NCBI GenBank assembly: GCA_963737265.1
Contig: CAVTRY010000017.1
Span: forward strand, 32,001-96,000
Reading direction: 5' to 3'
DNA length: 64,000 nucleotides
Origin: an uncultured delta proteobacterium
GTDB taxonomy: Bacteria > Myxococcota_A > Polyangia > Fen-1088
The notes below the pieces were generated by a model. The model worked only from the letters and a program-made list of their open reading frames with translations. It searched no databases and was not told the DNA's origin. The position numbers were made by a program, and so were the translations under genes. Below are positions 1-12,000 of the stretch, in pieces (positions within the stretch are counted from its first letter, which is position 1; each line of letters begins with the position of its first letter).

Positions 1-78
1 TTGCGGTCGGGGCGCTGTCGCTCACCACCGGCGCCCACACCGGCCCCGGCACATGGGCGCTTGCCATCCTGCCCGGGC
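1..78 (+). repeat. Exact copy of the 3' part of the DAK2-DegV gene (same as 6876-6953)
   Basis: ttgcggtcggggcgctgtcgctcaccaccgg...catcctgcccgggc occurs at both positions, and the sequences diverge after 78 bp. Confidence 0.9.
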
Positions 79-99
79 TGCGCCCTTGACCGCTGCCTT

Positions 100-375
100 G
101 CACCGGCTAGCGCCCCGAGCTCTACCGCCGACTTGCCCAAGCCGCCAACGAGGACGATGTGCGCCCCATCGGGGCCGAGCTCGAAGATCGCTACGGCCGT
201 CTGCCCGAGGAGGCGCGGCTCCTGCGCGAAGTCATGATCGACAAGACCCTCGTGCGCAAGATCGGCGCGCGCGCCTACGAGCTCGGCCCCGCGCGCATGG
301 TGATTTCCATTAGCGCCGATCCACGCCTGGATCCAGCCAAGGTGATGAAGCTCATCCAGCGCAAAGACAGTCGCT
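100..375 (+). pseudogene. mfd: Fragment of the Mfd C-terminal TRCF domain, with an in-frame stop
   Basis: Reads TG*RPELYRRLAQAANEDDVRPIGAELEDRYGRLPEE...KLIQRKDSR, resembling the TRCF motif RLxLYRRL...ELxDRYGxLP. Confidence 0.75.
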
Positions 376-588
376 GCGGCTGGGGAACGAAATATGCGTC
401 CGTATTTGCGCAAGGCACGGCAAGGGTGGTGGACGACGACCACCAGCGGCGCCATGGCATCGACGTGCTCATGGCCCACTACGAGCGGCTGTGGGGCGCC
501 CCCGAAGGCGTCGAGCCCGGCGTCGCCTTGCCCATCGACGAGAATCTACTCGGGTGCACGCAGGTGTTTTGCATGGACGTGGAACACC
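376..588 (+). pseudogene. C-terminal fragment of a pyridoxamine 5'-phosphate oxidase/NimA-like flavoprotein
   Basis: CGWGTKYASVFAQGTARVVDD...IDVLMAHY...VFCMDVEHL, cut off by the repeat element at 589. Confidence 0.6.
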
Positions 589-747
589 TGAAGAACTGTC
601 CAAAAATTGGACAGGTCATCAGCAGCCGAGCCAAGGGCTCGGCCGCAGGTGGGGTGAAGTCCGCGAATTTACTTCGCGGACGAGGGGAGGGCAGCGGCCC
701 TCCCTTCAAAAATCTTCAAGACGGGTCCATTTATGGACACGTCTTGA
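589..747. mobile_element. 159-bp multi-hairpin MITE-like element, copy 1
   Basis: Matches 33886-34044 except for 2 substitutions. Contains five hairpins and has palindromic ends. Confidence 0.8.
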
Positions 748-809
748 GCGCAAAGCGGAGGGCGTAAGAACGTGTGGTAGAAATCCCAGGTAGCCGGAGC
801 TTGTCGTCC

Positions 810-1919
810 ATGCCCACGAAGTCCAAAGTCGCGATCCTACGCACCCGCCCCGAAACCGTTCTTGCCGACTATCAACGTCTGTTCGAACTCGCCGGAGGAC
901 CGCAGGCGCTGGCGCCAAACATGCCCACGATTCTCAAGGACAACATCTCGTGGCACTTCCCGATGCCGAGCGCCAACACGACGCCGTGGCAACTCGAAGG
1001 GACAGTACTCGCGCTTCGCAAGGCAGGCTACACCGATCTGATCTGCGTGCAGAACAAGACGGTGGTCATCGACGTCTTCAAGGGCGAGGACCTCAACGGG
1101 TACCTGCCCATCTTCAAGCACTACGGGATCCCGGTGAAGTACAACTTCAAGCCGGAGGACATGAAGTGGATCCCCTTTCATCCAAAGGGCGAGCTGCTTG
1201 CCCTGCACAAGATCTTTCCCGAGGGGCTGCACATTCCAGACTTCTTCGCCGGTAAGAACATCGTCCATCTGCCCACGACCAAGTGCCACCTGTACACGAC
1301 CACAACGGGCGCGATGAAGAACGCCTTCGGGGGACTTCTCAACACCCACCGGCACTACACGCACACCTGGATTCACGAGACGCTCGTGGACCTGCTCACG
1401 ATCCAGAAGGAGATCCACACCGGACTCTTCGCGGTGATGGACGGCACGACCGCGGGCAACGGGCCCGGTCCCCGCACCATGCATCCGGAGGTCAAGAACG
1501 TCATATTAGCGTCGGCCGACCAGGTCGCTATCGATGCGATCGCAGCCAAGATCATGGGCATGGATCCCCTCAGCATCGCGTACATCCGACTCGCGCATGA
1601 GCGCGGCCTCGGTGTGGGCGACCCGCGCGATATCGAGATCGTGGGTGACGTCGACGCTGCCCAAGAGAACTGGGGCTTCAAGGTTGGTAGCAACTTCCAC
1701 GGGTTCCTCGCCTGGCTGGCCTGGTTCGGTCCGACCAAGTTCTTGCAACCGCTCATCATGCGAACCCCGCTGGTCAAGTTCCCGATCTTCGTGTCCGAGT
1801 TCAACCACGACTACGTCCAATGGCCTGCGCGATACAAGCGCATTGCCCAAGAATGGCAAGCTGGAACTCCCTGGGGCCAGCTTTTCACGTGCTATCAGAA
1901 AGAGGGCCATCTGGGCTAG
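810..1919 (+). CDS. DUF362 domain-containing protein
   Basis: ILKDNISWHFP, TTPWQLEG, LPTTKCH, GAMKNAFG and DQVAIDAIAAKIMG motifs. Confidence 0.8.
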   Translation: MPTKSKVAILRTRPETVLADYQRLFELAGGPQALAPNMPTILKDNISWHFPMPSANTTPWQLEGTVLALRKAGYTDLICVQNKTVVIDVFKGEDLNGYLPIFKHYGIPVKYNFKPEDMKWIPFHPKGELLALHKIFPEGLHIPDFFAGKNIVHLPTTKCHLYTTTTGAMKNAFGGLLNTHRHYTHTWIHETLVDLLTIQKEIHTGLFAVMDGTTAGNGPGPRTMHPEVKNVILASADQVAIDAIAAKIMGMDPLSIAYIRLAHERGLGVGDPRDIEIVGDVDAAQENWGFKVGSNFHGFLAWLAWFGPTKFLQPLIMRTPLVKFPIFVSEFNHDYVQWPARYKRIAQEWQAGTPWGQLFTCYQKEGHLG

Positions 1920-2006
1920 CAACCCTGTGGCACTCGCCTTCGATTTCCACCTGCCATTCGCGGTTCGCAAACGTGGCGGAGGTGTTGGCCGAAGGCATGG
2001 CGTTGT

Positions 2007-3953
2007 TCAGGGACTAGTATTCCCGGAAGGCCCCAGAATGCGTGCGAGATCCGGCCTGTCGATGGTTTCGTGTGCCAGCAGCTCGACGACCAGACTGTCC
2101 AGGGCCGAGCGATGGTCTGCGATGACCTTTCGAGCTTCCTCCTGGGCTTTCACCAAGATCTTGCGCGCTTCTTGCTCGATCATGTGAACGGTGGCGTCAC
2201 TCGTGCCGCCGTCCGCTGCGAGCGTCTGTCCAAGAAAGGGATGCTCCGTCCTGTGCTCGTAGAAAACCGGACCGACGCTCTCCGACATTCCGAAGTGCGC
2301 GACCATCTTGAGGGCGAGATCCGTGGCTGTCTTGAGGTCGCTTTCCGCTCCGGACGACGGAGTGCCAAAAACCACGGTCTCGGCTGCGTGGCCGCCCATG
2401 AGCACGCGCAGGCGCGCCTCGATCTCGGGAAGGGTCATGAGGTGCTTGTCCGCGGAAGGAGTCTGGTGCGTAACTCCGAGAGCCATTCCGCGTGGCAGGA
2501 TGCTGACTCGATCGAGCGGCTCAGCGTGCTCGGTGAAGTGGGCGAGCACCGCGTGCCCCGACTCGTGAACGGCAACCCGGCGTTTTTCCACGACGTCGAG
2601 CCGTGTCTCCCGAACGTCACCGAGTACGATTTTGTCGTAAGCTTCGGCAAAGTCATCGGCGCGAATCATCTCGGCGTGGCGCCTGGTTGCGGAAAGAGCG
2701 GCTTCGTTGACCAGATTGGCCAGGTCGGCACCCGAGAAACCGGGCGTATTGTCGGCCAGGGAGTCCAGATCGACATCGGCGGCGAGCGGCTTGTTACGAC
2801 CGTGAACGTCCAGGATGGCCCGCCGTGCGGCGCGCTCGGGTCGGTCGACGAGGACTCGGCGATCGAATCGCCCCGGACGCAGAAGCGCGGGATCGAGCAC
2901 GTCGGGGCGGTTGGTCGCCGCCAGCACGATGGTCAGCTCGTTGCGAACGAAGCCGTCCATCTCCGACAGTAGTTGGTTGAGGGTTTGTTCCCGCTCGTCG
3001 TGGCCTCCACCGAAGCCTGTTCCGCGCGAGCGGCCTACAGCGTCGATCTCGTCGATGAACACGATCGATGGCGCCACCTTCTTGGCCTCTTCAAAAAGCG
3101 AGCGCACACGCGATGCCCCTACGCCGACGAAAAGCTCGATAAATTCCGAGGCGCTGATAGAGAAGAATGGGACTCCAGCCTCGCCCGCCACGGCGCGCGC
3201 CAACATGGTCTTTCCCGTTCCGGGTGGCCCCACCAGCAGGACCCCGCGCGGCACTTTCACGCCGAGGCGCTGAAAGCGCTCCGGCTCCTTGAGAAACTCG
3301 ACGATCTCGCCAAGGTCCTGTTTCGCAGCCTTGAGTCCGGCGACATCGTCGAACCTGATGGCAACCTGAGCTTCTTTTTCGTAGCGGCGCATGCGCCCCT
3401 TGGTGATCGCCGCCAGCGGGCCCTTTGACAGCATGCCTTGGGCACGGCGCGAGATCCAAAACCATGCGCCAAGGATCATGATCCAGGGCAACGCCCCCAG
3501 CAGAAGCTGAACGGCCAGCGGCTGTTCTTCGCTCTGGACGGTGAGCCTCACACCTTTTTGGCGCAAGAGCGGCAGCAGGTCGCGATCTTCCTGGGAAGGT
3601 AGCACTGTCGCAAAGCCGGTGATGGACTTCCCTTCGACGGTCTCGCGACCCTTGAGCGTGCCGGTAAGGGCTTGCCCCTTGAGCGTGGCGTTCACAACCT
3701 TACCGTCCGAGACGAAACGGTAGAAGTCGGAGTAAGCGATGTTGGGGCGTTTCTCTTCCCGGGAAGAGAAGTACTGGACCCACATCAAACCGGCGAGAAT
3801 CACGAACGGAATGACCCAGCTTCTCCAGGACACTCCCGGCACCTTGGGACCGGTTGGGGTGCCTGATGGCGGTGATTCTGGCGGGCTAGGGTTCGCCATG
3901 TTCGCACCAACGATAGCCCGGGTTGTGGTCGGGATCATGTCCTTTCGGGTCAT
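2007..3953 (-). CDS. ftsH: ATP-dependent zinc metalloprotease FtsH
   Basis: Two TM segments, GPPGTGKT Walker A, DEIDA Walker B, RPGRFDR, and HESGH Zn motif. Start codon uncertain. Confidence 0.95.
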   Translation of the reverse strand: MTRKDMIPTTTRAIVGANMANPSPPESPPSGTPTGPKVPGVSWRSWVIPFVILAGLMWVQYFSSREEKRPNIAYSDFYRFVSDGKVVNATLKGQALTGTLKGRETVEGKSITGFATVLPSQEDRDLLPLLRQKGVRLTVQSEEQPLAVQLLLGALPWIMILGAWFWISRRAQGMLSKGPLAAITKGRMRRYEKEAQVAIRFDDVAGLKAAKQDLGEIVEFLKEPERFQRLGVKVPRGVLLVGPPGTGKTMLARAVAGEAGVPFFSISASEFIELFVGVGASRVRSLFEEAKKVAPSIVFIDEIDAVGRSRGTGFGGGHDEREQTLNQLLSEMDGFVRNELTIVLAATNRPDVLDPALLRPGRFDRRVLVDRPERAARRAILDVHGRNKPLAADVDLDSLADNTPGFSGADLANLVNEAALSATRRHAEMIRADDFAEAYDKIVLGDVRETRLDVVEKRRVAVHESGHAVLAHFTEHAEPLDRVSILPRGMALGVTHQTPSADKHLMTLPEIEARLRVLMGGHAAETVVFGTPSSGAESDLKTATDLALKMVAHFGMSESVGPVFYEHRTEHPFLGQTLAADGGTSDATVHMIEQEARKILVKAQEEARKVIADHRSALDSLVVELLAHETIDRPDLARILGPSGNTSP

Positions 3954-3992
3954 GAGGTCTTCCTGCCAGCGCCTGGCGGAAGCGTTCGAAGC

Positions 3993-5200
3993 TCAGAAGA
4001 AGCTCGAAAGAGCGAGGTAGTAAAGCCCACCCACAGAGCCGAATTCGCTGCGCAGATCGGGCGTGGCATCGACAAGGAGGATTCTGCCCAAGCCTTGGAA
4101 CGCCCCGAGCGAAAGCGCGGTCTCTTGTGCGATCTGGTAGGCTAAAGCACTGGCGAGCACCACGCTTGGATCCTGCAAATTTCCCAGCGTGGTGAACGAG
4201 AGCTGGAACAGCTCCGAAATCTTCCAGGCCGCGGCGGCACCGGCGTACCAGCGGCCGAGCAGGTAGCTCTCGCCGCGCGCGATCGCCGGCGACGTGGTGA
4301 GATGCGCGACGTAGTCCGAGGCGTGCCCTACGCCGGTCCCGTTGTAGCTCGCTTCCAAGGTCAGTGTGAGCTGGCCGTGCAGCCAGTCCGCTCCGATGGA
4401 GCCGCGCGGACGCAAGAGGTCGCGGCCGTCGAGGTCGTAAGGTCCGCGACCTCGGCGCGCAGCTTGAAGCTGCCAACGACGGCACCGGCTCCCCCGAAGG
4501 CAATAATCTCGCGCCACTGTTTGGTCAGGGCAAAGTAGACATCCACGGCGCGCAGGTAGGCGATGGCGCGCAGGCCGGCAGACAGATCCCCCAGCGTGCC
4601 CCGGTCGGCCACCACGCCCTCGAATTCGAGCGAGGACGAATGGGAGTAGAGAAGGCGAAGCGCATCGACGCCGCGCTTTTGCGAGGTATCGAGCTCGAAC
4701 GGGCTGAAGGTGGTCCACAGATCCGCGATGGGGAACAGCGAGGCGAAGCCCCAGGTGATGGCCTGGCGGCCCAGGCTAAGGTCGAAATTCCCTAGCTCGG
4801 CACGCATGGCCATGCGATCGATGTCGTGCTCGAGCAGCAGGCGATCCTCGTCGTAGGCCACCGAGCGGAGGTTGACCGTCCGCCGTGGCACGGCGCTGGC
4901 ACCGATGCCCAGCTTCTGGCCGCCGAGCACGAGCGCTTCGCTGCTGACACGCAAGAAGAGGCGTTGGTGGAGCTCAGCCGTGACGTGCTCGCCGATGTCT
5001 GCCTTCCATTCCAAACGCAGCAGGGTCTCGGAAAGCCCGAGATGATCGGGCGGGGCCGGCGACGGTGCACCAGGCCCGAGGTCGAACCTCAACTGTTGCA
5101 ACCCGCCGAGCGTGAACGCATACCCGCCGAGAGACAGCTCCGAACAGGCCGGGGTTCGCCTGGCGGACGGAACGCTCGAGCTGCGCTTGCCGGAAACCAT
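3993..5200 (-). pseudogene. Putative outer-membrane beta-barrel-like protein, frameshifted near 4410-4440
   Basis: ORF 4361-5200 (GRQAITWG...SPFELDTSQKRGVDALR) continues in the frame of ORF 3993-4718, which ends in aromatic residues (YYLALSSFF). Confidence 0.55.
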
Positions 5201-5236
5201 GCGACGCGCGCTTGGCTGTGCCCGCGATGGCGGCTG

Positions 5237-6970
5237 ATGACGGCTAAGGAGTTAACCGCCGGCGACTTGCGCGCAGCCTTGGTCGCCGGGTATGCGTGCA
5301 CGGCGGCCTGGGCGGAGCTGCTCGATCGCATCAACGTGTTTCTCGTCGCCGATGGGGACACGGGTCGAAACATGGTGATCAGCCTGGCGCCGCTTCGCGA
5401 TCGGGAGGCGAGTGGCGCCGTCGTCGCCGAACGCCTGTTGCTGTCGGCGCGGGGGAACTCGGGCAACATCGCCTGCGCTTTCGTGCGCGCCCTGCTCGAT
5501 GGTGGCGCCGGCGAGAGTCTGGCCGCGCGCTGTGTGCGCGGGGCTGACCTTGCTCGCCGGGCGGTCGCCGTTCCCCAACTCGGGACCATGCTTACCGTTC
5601 TCGGCGCGCTTGCGCAGGCGGCGGAAACGGGCTTGTCCCGCGATGGGTTGGAGGAGCACCTGTTGCGCCTGGCCGAGGTCGTGAGCGAGACCGTCCATGC
5701 GCAAGCTGCCTTACGGTCGTCCAACGTGGTGGACAGCGGTGCGCTCGGAATACTGGTTTTTCTCGACGGGATGTTGCGTCTGTACTTTGGCGTCGGCCAG
5801 GCTGGGGCCGTACTGGCCGAACGGTTCCGTTCCTTGATCTCGTTCGAGCGTGGTCGGACGCGAGACGAATCTGAAACCGGATTCTGCGTCGATGCAGTCG
5901 TGCGCGGCCCGCGTCCGCCGGACGCTGCGCTGTCCCACATTGGCGGCGAGGTCGTGGTCCTGCACGAGGGCGATCTGTGGAAAATCCATCTGCACGCGCC
6001 CGACGTCGACGTGGCTAGGGCGGCGCTTGGCGAGCTGGGAGAGATCGTGCGCTGGTCGTGGGACGACCTGCACGAGCAGATGTCGATCCGGCCGGCCGCG
6101 GGCAACGGCGACGATGTCCACATCATGACGGACGGTGCGGCATCGCTGTCCCGCCGCGACGCCGAGGCGCTCGGGATCACCCTGCTCGACAGCCACATCA
6201 ACCTGGGCGATCTGTCGCTGCCCGAGACACGCCTGGCGCCCGATGATTTGTACCACGCCATGCGACGTGGGGTGCGCGTGTCGACTTCGCAGGCGTCGAC
6301 CTTCGAACGTCACAAGCACTACGAACGGGTGACGTCCCAGTGGCCGAGCGCGCTCTATTTGTGCGTGGGATCGGTCTACACTGGAAACCACGCCGTGGCG
6401 CTCGATTGGCGATCGTCGCACCCCGCGGGCGCGCGCATGACCCTGCTCGACTCGGGGGCGGCGTCCGGCAAGCTGGCGGTGGTGGCGCGCGCCACGGCGC
6501 TGGCGGCCCGAGGTGGCAGGCCCGTCGCAGCGCTGGCCGAGCTCGCCCGGGCGGCGCTGGCGCGCGCCGAAGAGTACATCTTTCTCGATCGCCTCGAATA
6601 CCTGGCGCGGGGAGGTCGCATGTCCAAGGCCGGCGCGCTTTTCGGGGACGCCTTGCACTTGGCACCGGTTGTTTCGCCCATGCCCGACGGCGCTCGCAAG
6701 ATGGCGTTGCTGCGCAAACCGGAAGACAAGGTCGCTTTCGCGTGCGAGCGCGCTCGGCAAGCGCTTGAAGCAACGGCCGGTCGGGGCTACCTACTCGTCG
6801 AGCACTCCGACAACCGCCCGTGGGTTGCCGAAAACGTGTTGCCACGTCTGCGGGCGGCGCTGCCAGACGCGGAGATTGCGGTCGGGGCGCTGTCGCTCAC
6901 CACCGGCGCCCACACCGGCCCCGGCACATGGGCGCTTGCCATCCTGCCCGGGCCCCTGCAAGGCGCGTGA
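5237..6970 (+). CDS. DAK2 (FakA-like) - DegV (FakB-like) fusion protein
   Basis: INVFLVADGDTGRNM, ARGNSGNI and VVDSGALG in the N-half. STSQAS, LEYLARGGR and HTGPGT DegV motifs in the C-half. Confidence 0.85.
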   Translation: MTAKELTAGDLRAALVAGYACTAAWAELLDRINVFLVADGDTGRNMVISLAPLRDREASGAVVAERLLLSARGNSGNIACAFVRALLDGGAGESLAARCVRGADLARRAVAVPQLGTMLTVLGALAQAAETGLSRDGLEEHLLRLAEVVSETVHAQAALRSSNVVDSGALGILVFLDGMLRLYFGVGQAGAVLAERFRSLISFERGRTRDESETGFCVDAVVRGPRPPDAALSHIGGEVVVLHEGDLWKIHLHAPDVDVARAALGELGEIVRWSWDDLHEQMSIRPAAGNGDDVHIMTDGAASLSRRDAEALGITLLDSHINLGDLSLPETRLAPDDLYHAMRRGVRVSTSQASTFERHKHYERVTSQWPSALYLCVGSVYTGNHAVALDWRSSHPAGARMTLLDSGAASGKLAVVARATALAARGGRPVAALAELARAALARAEEYIFLDRLEYLARGGRMSKAGALFGDALHLAPVVSPMPDGARKMALLRKPEDKVAFACERARQALEATAGRGYLLVEHSDNRPWVAENVLPRLRAALPDAEIAVGALSLTTGAHTGPGTWALAILPGPLQGA

Positions 6971-7006
6971 CAGGGGCACCCAACCCCTGGCATTCTCGGC
7001 GGGCAC

Positions 7007-8242
7007 ATGACCAGAGGAAATCGCGTCGTGGTTACGGGAATGGGCCTGCGCTCGCCACTCGGGCACACGCCGGCAGCCCTGCGCGTGGGGTTGCTTGAAG
7101 GACGCAGCGGTGTGCGCGCCATGCCCGAATGGGCGGCGCTCGAAGGCCTGCGCACGCGCGTCGGCGCGGCCTGCGACGGCGTCGATGCCAACGAAATTCC
7201 CCGCAAGTTCAGCCGCACCATGGGGCGGGTCGGAATCTTGGCGGCGCTTTCCGTACGCGATGCCATCGCGGATGCAGGATTGCCAGCCGATCTAGTCGCA
7301 TCGCCCTCGTGCGGAGTTGCCTTCGGCTCGACCGCGGGCGGCTCTGCGGCCCAAGAGGATTTCCTGCGACCCATCCTTCAGGACAAGTCGATTCGCGGCC
7401 TTCTCGCCTCGTCCTACTTGCAGTTCATGAGCCATACCTGTGCGGCCAACATCGCCCTCATGTTCGGCTGCAAAGGGCCGGTCATCGCATCGTGCACGGC
7501 GTGCACATCGGGATCGCAGGGCATCGGTATAGGTTACGAACAGGTCCGCTTTGGCCGCGTGCCCGTCTGTGTCGCCGGCGGCGCGGAAGAGCTGCACATC
7601 CTTCACGCGGGGATCTTCGACATCATGCGGGCGACGTCGGCCGGCTTCACCGCGACCCCCGACCAAACCCCGCGACCGTTCGACCGCCGGCGCGATGGCT
7701 TGGTCGTCGGCGAAGGCGCGGGCTGCCTGGTGCTCGAGCAATACGAGCACGCGCGTCGTCGCGGTGCCGTCGTCCACGCCGAGATCATCGGCTACGGCTC
7801 GGGCTGCAACGGCACGCACCCGACCAATTCCGATCCGGAAGGGATCTGCATCGCGGTAAACGCAGCCCTGCGCGACGCCGAGCTGACAGCGACCGACGTT
7901 CAGCATATCAATGCGCACGCCACGGGGACCGACATCGGCGACGCCGCCGAGGCAGAAGCTATGCACCGCATCTTCGGCGCCAAGGTGCCGGTGAGCGCGC
8001 TCAAGGGTTACCTCGGCCACACCTTGGGCGCGAGTGGCGCGCTCGAGTCGATAGCGACGATCTTAATGATGAAGAACGGATTCATGGCGGTGTCGAAGAA
8101 CCTCACTGAACCGGATCCGCAATTGCCGCCGCTCGACCACGTGCTCGGCAGTCCCAGGCAGGCTGAGATCAAGATCGCCATGAACAACAACTTCGCGTTT
8201 GGCGGGATCAACACGTCTCTCGTCTTTCGCGCGCTTTCCTGA
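7007..8242 (+). CDS. Beta-ketoacyl-ACP synthase (FabF/FabB-like)
   Basis: TACTSG catalytic Cys, NAHATGT, KGYLGHTLGA and NNFAFGG motifs. Confidence 0.9.
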   Translation: MTRGNRVVVTGMGLRSPLGHTPAALRVGLLEGRSGVRAMPEWAALEGLRTRVGAACDGVDANEIPRKFSRTMGRVGILAALSVRDAIADAGLPADLVASPSCGVAFGSTAGGSAAQEDFLRPILQDKSIRGLLASSYLQFMSHTCAANIALMFGCKGPVIASCTACTSGSQGIGIGYEQVRFGRVPVCVAGGAEELHILHAGIFDIMRATSAGFTATPDQTPRPFDRRRDGLVVGEGAGCLVLEQYEHARRRGAVVHAEIIGYGSGCNGTHPTNSDPEGICIAVNAALRDAELTATDVQHINAHATGTDIGDAAEAEAMHRIFGAKVPVSALKGYLGHTLGASGALESIATILMMKNGFMAVSKNLTEPDPQLPPLDHVLGSPRQAEIKIAMNNNFAFGGINTSLVFRALS

Positions 8243-9048
8243 TGCCCACCCCGGCGCCTTCGTGGGACGTTCTGCGTGCTCGCTTCAACGACTGCGGGGC
8301 GCCGTTTGCGTTCGTGATCCCGGTCTACAATCACGCGCACAACGTTCGCTCCGTCGTTCTGGCGGCCGTCGCAAGCGGCGTGCCGGTGGTCGTCGTCGAC
8401 GATGGCTCGACCGACGGCACCGCGCAGGCGCTTGCCGAACCTACCGGCGCGCTGGTTGTGCGCCATGACAGCAATCACGGGAAAGGCGCCGCCATACTCT
8501 CCGGGTTGACCGCTGCCGCTTCGCCTCCCATAGGTGCGCGTTTCGCAGTGACTGTAGATGCCGACGGACAGCACCGTCCCGACGATGCCCGCGACTTGCT
8601 CGCGGCGATTGAAGCGGGCGCCGCACCCTGTCTCGTGCTCGGCTCACGCGTGGGTATGCGCGGGCGCGCGGTACCGTGGAGCAGCCGTTTCGGGCGCGGT
8701 TTTTCGGGCTTCTGGGTTTGGGCTTCGGGCGGACCGTCGGTGTCGGATTCGCAGACCGGCTTTCGCATCTACCCGTTGCCCGAAACGCTGGCACTGGCGA
8801 CGCGGGCGCGCCGATTCGAGTTTGAAGTCGAAGTGCTGGTGCTCGCCCATCGGGCTCGCATCCCGATCTACGAGGTACCGGTGGGCGTGGCCTACGATCC
8901 ACCCGGCGGCCGCGTGTCGCACTTTCGGCCGTGGCGCGATTTTGCCCGCAACGCCGCCACTTTCACGCGCCTGATAGCGACCAGATTTCTGCCCCGTTCG
9001 CTTCTTCGCTCGCCCGTGATGGGCAAGGATGACCGCCATGGCGCGTGA
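8242..9048 (+). CDS. Glycosyltransferase family 2
   Basis: IPVYN, VDDGSTD, GKGAA, DADGQH and DSQTGFRIY motifs. Confidence 0.9.
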   Translation: MPTPAPSWDVLRARFNDCGAPFAFVIPVYNHAHNVRSVVLAAVASGVPVVVVDDGSTDGTAQALAEPTGALVVRHDSNHGKGAAILSGLTAAASPPIGARFAVTVDADGQHRPDDARDLLAAIEAGAAPCLVLGSRVGMRGRAVPWSSRFGRGFSGFWVWASGGPSVSDSQTGFRIYPLPETLALATRARRFEFEVEVLVLAHRARIPIYEVPVGVAYDPPGGRVSHFRPWRDFARNAATFTRLIATRFLPRSLLRSPVMGKDDRHGA

Positions 9049-12000
9049 GGCGACCATCCGCTGGCCAGTGTTGATTGTCGCCTGCGTGGCGACCGGTTTT
9101 CTGGCGTGGGCTGGACAGTACCGTCTGCGCATCGACACCGACATCACGTCCGCGGTTCCGACCGGCAACATCGCCTTCGCCAGCGCTCGCCAGGTTCTCG
9201 CCCGCCATCCTTCGCTCGATCGTCTGGTGGTGAATCTGTCGTTTCGCGACGGTCACGCCGAGCCCGACGCCCTCATAGCGGCGGGCGACCTGGTGGTGGC
9301 CGAGCTCGATCGATCAGGGCTTTTTTCGAGCGTGGGCACGGCGGCGGCGGCGCGCGGGATCACCGCGATCTACGCCAATATGTCGGCGCAGTTGCCGCTG
9401 CTCTTCTCCCAGGCGGAGCTGGAACGCGACGTGGCACCCCGTCTAGAGCCCGCCGCCGTCAGCGCAAGGCTCGCGTCGCTCGCCGCGGATGTTTCGGATC
9501 TGGCGGGAATCGGGGGCGCCGCGCGCGCGGCCGAGGATCCGCTGGGCCTGGGCGAGATCGCTCTGGCGCGCCTGGCGGATCTGGTGCCGTCGCAGCAGGG
9601 CCGCATCGAGCGCGGACATATTCTCGACACCGAGGGCAAGAACCTTCTCGTCTCCGCTATCCCGCGCGCAGCCACCAGCGACACGCGTATTTCTCATGCC
9701 ATCGACGACGCGATTCGCGCCCTGGCCCAGCGTCTTAGCTCGGCCAAGGCGGGCGAGGTTGGCGCGGGCGTGGTGCTGACGTCGGTGGGAGGCTACCGCG
9801 CCGCCATCGACAACGAGAGCCTGGTCATGCGCGATGCCAATCTGGCCATGCTGGCGTCGACTATCGGCATTGCCCTCTTGCTGCTGGCCTGCTTTCCCCG
9901 CCCGTGGCTTGGCCTGTTCGCCTTGCTTCCGGCCCTGGCCGGCGGTTGCCTCGCGCTGTTCGTGTACAGCCTGTTCGAGTCCGACATCTCGGCCCTCGCT
10001 CTCGGCTTCGGCGGCGCGCTGGTATCCATCACAGTCGATCAGGGCGCGGTGTATCTGCTCTTCGTCGACCGTCAGAAAAAGACCGCCGGTCATCGCGCCG
10101 CGCACGAGGTGTTCTCGATTGGCTCGCTGTCGACGGTCATCAACATCGGCTCGTTCCTCTCGCTGCGACTGACCGGCTTCCACGTGCTCGGACAGATCGG
10201 TCTCTTCGCCGCGCTTGGCATCGCATTTTCCTACCTGTTCGTGCATCTCGTCTTCCCGCACATCTTTCCCACCGTGCCCGCGGCCTCGCGCCGGGCGTGG
10301 GTGCCGGTCGACAGCTGGCTGCGGCGGCTGACGGTCGGGCGAGGGTTCCGCGCCCTGACGGTCGGGGCCGTGCTCTTCGCCATCGCCCTGGTGTTCGCCC
10401 GCCCCACGTTTGTCGTGGATCTCGAGGCCATGAACACCATCCGAGCGGAAACCGCGCGCGACGAGGCGCATGTGCGCACCGTGTGGGGCGACATCTTTCA
10501 CCGTGTGTACGTGCTCATCGACGCCAAGAATGACGCCGATTTTCGCCGCCAATCCGATATTTGGCTGGCGCTGGTAGAACGGGAGAAATCCGCCGGCGTT
10601 CTCGCTCACGCCTTCTCCCCATCGGCGCTCAGTCCAGGACCGGCCGTGGCGGCCGAGCATGCGGCGGCGTGGACGCGGTTTTGGACTAACGAGCGCCTAG
10701 CGCAGGTATCGGCCGCCCTGCATCAAGGGGCCGCGCGGGTTGGTTTTGCCTCGGACGCCTTCGCGCCCTTTCTCGGTCGACTGTCGTCGCCGGCTGTCGC
10801 CGTGCCGGCAATATCCGATGGTATCCGCGCTCTTTACGGCGTGGGGCCCGGGCGCGATGGCCGCGGCGTCGTCTGGCTCGGTAGCGTGGTGCCCGGTCCG
10901 AAGTACTCTCCTTCGGCGTTCGCAGAGGAGATTCACGAAGCCGGGCTCTATGTTTTCGACGGCGGGAATTTCTCGCAGACCCTGGCGGACTTTCTCGCCC
11001 AGTCATTCCGCTCCATGTTCGTGGTGGTGGTTTGTTTCGTGGCCGGATCGGTGCTGCTGTTCTTCCTCGATATCCGCGTCGCCGCCATCGCACTCGCTCC
11101 CATGACCTTTTCCTTCGTGCTCACCATCGCGACCCTTCATCTCATCGGGCGGCCCATCGACATCGTTGGCCTCATTCTGTCCGTGCTCATCTTCGGCATG
11201 GGCGTCGACTATTCGTTTTCCTTCGTACGCGTCTACCAGCGCTGCCTCGACGAACACCATCCATCCCACGGCCCGGTGCGGACCAGCATCTTTCTTTCCG
11301 CCAGCGCGACCTTGGTTGGCATGGCGACCATGTCCACCGCCAAACACGCCGTGACTCGCAGCGCGGGCATCATGGCGACCCTGGCCATTGGCTACTGCGT
11401 GGCGGGGGCGTACCTGTTTCTGCCGCCGCTGCTTCGTCATATGTATTTGCCGCGGCCGCTGCCGCCGCCGGACCGGGCCCGTCCAGATCGTTGGGTGATG
11501 AAGCGCTTTCGTCGCCTCAGCGCCTATCCGCGTCTCTTCGCGTGGTTCAAGATGCGCCTGGATCCAATGTTTCCTCGCCTAGGCGACTTTCTGCCTGAAA
11601 CCGGCACGGTACTCGATATCGGCTGTGGCTTCGGCGTGGCCGCCGCGTGGATGTTGGCTCGCTCCGATGGGCTGCGCGTGGTAGCCGTCGAGCCGGATGA
11701 GGATCGCGTTGTCACCGCGCGTTTCGTGCTCGGCGACCGCGGCGTGGTGCACGAGGGCGCGGCGCCGGAAGGATTGCCGATGGTCGATGCCGCCGCGGTG
11801 GCTTGCCTCGACGTCATTCATCATCTCGACGACAGCAAGCTGGCGGCGACGCTGGCACATGTTCGCAAGTGCCTTTCGCCCGGAGGCCGGGTGATTCTGC
11901 GTACCACGTTGCCCGGGCCAGGGCGGATCCCGTTCCACCGCTGGTACGAAACTCGGCGACTCGCTATGGCAGGTCAAGCCGCGCACTACCGCGATCGAAG

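Noticed and set aside
159-767. 202-aa ORF as a real gene
   Set aside because: It is a chimera of mfd and NimA-like fragments reading into the hairpin element.
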